Source: Octopus sinensis (Eukaryota). From it: a stretch of DNA of 64,000 nt. Location: contig NC_043022.1 in the NCBI RefSeq assembly GCF_006345805.1, positions 12,090,001 through 12,154,000 of the forward strand, given 5' to 3'. Under the pieces are notes generated by a model, which was given only the letters and a program-made list of their open reading frames with translations, was not told the origin of the DNA and made no database searches. Below are positions 63,488-64,000 of this stretch, one piece after another. How positions within the stretch are numbered: the first letter of the stretch is position 1; the number at the start of each line of letters is the position of its first letter. Position numbers and translations under genes: made by a program.

Positions 63488-63775
63488 AAAAAGGAGCACC
63501 AACTGGCTTTGACAAGAAGGGCCAGGGAAAAATCTGTGCTAGGAATATTGTTAAGAGAGAGCATATTTGAAAGATAATTCTAGAATGGATTGGAGTGAAC
63601 GATGTGATCACAGAGTACCAAAAGCACAAGTTCTTCTGGACCGGACAGAGGAACACCTGTTACAGACAACAGGTGGACCCATGCAGTTGCCGAGTGGTAC
63701 CCAAGAGATCAGAAAGGGCCACTTGGAAGATCTCCATGGTGATGAGAAGACAATGTGATCAAGCAGTTTGGGTCA
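63488..63775 (+). mobile_element. RTE-clade LINE ORF2 C-terminal fragment (second subfamily)
   Basis: Frameshifted EHQLALTRRA.E.SVLGI, GVNDVITEYQKHKFFWTG, NRWTHAVAEWYPRDQK.PLGR, typical of the RTE C-terminus. Confidence 0.75.
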
Positions 63776-63864
63776 AGGTGGAGAAGGATGGTGCAATTGA
63801 CACAAAATTGGGAGCACATTGTGATGGTGTAGTTGATGCTGTGAAATTGGAGTCAGAGATGAAA

Positions 63865-63950
63865 ATCATTTCGGCTGTTTTCGTTATGCTAGCACCTGCC
63901 ATACGAGCACCAATAATTTGACCTCTTTGACTGTCTGATTGATCTGTCAT
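63865..63950 (-). mobile_element. Tc1-like transposase N-terminal fragment
   Basis: MTDQSDSQRGQIIGARMAGASITKTAEM matches the Tc1 HTH start M.DLSDFQRGQIVGAR.AGASVTKTA; similarity ends after about 28 codons. Confidence 0.75.
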
Positions 63951-64000
63951 TTTAATTAAGTTTAATTACATTTTTCTGATGATATCTAAAAAAAAAAAAA

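Overview
Eukaryotic, AT-rich, microsatellite- and retroposon-dense DNA. The repeat families (tRNA-derived SINEs, RTE LINE 3' ends with (GAT)n tails, TTAA MITEs) look like those of a coleoid cephalopod, probably Octopus; this is inference from recalled repeat families. Only one protein-coding ORF is well supported: an intronless CLIC (chloride intracellular channel, GST-fold) ORF at 26430-27206 (+), preceded by a strong splice acceptor. There is also a cloverleaf-intact tRNA-Thr(UGU) at 60780-60852. Two CpG-retaining promoter/first-exon candidates lie at about 6590-6800 and 59130-59275. The rest is SINE families (working names A, B, D, E, F), fragments of RTE, CR1 and L1/Tx1 LINEs and a Tc1 transposase, two piggyBac-like MITE families, minisatellites and microsatellites. 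The most notable unannotated signal is a set of minimal type-I hammerhead ribozyme motifs of Penelope-like architecture. These are at 3522 (with a compensatory G3:C8 swap of the core pair), 45475 (inside 60-bp inverted repeats), 62154 and 58233, plus decayed relics near 8575-8820. Nearly all other ORFs in the track are microsatellite or repeat artefacts. Repeat boundaries were read by eye and are approximate unless TSDs/TIRs are quoted.
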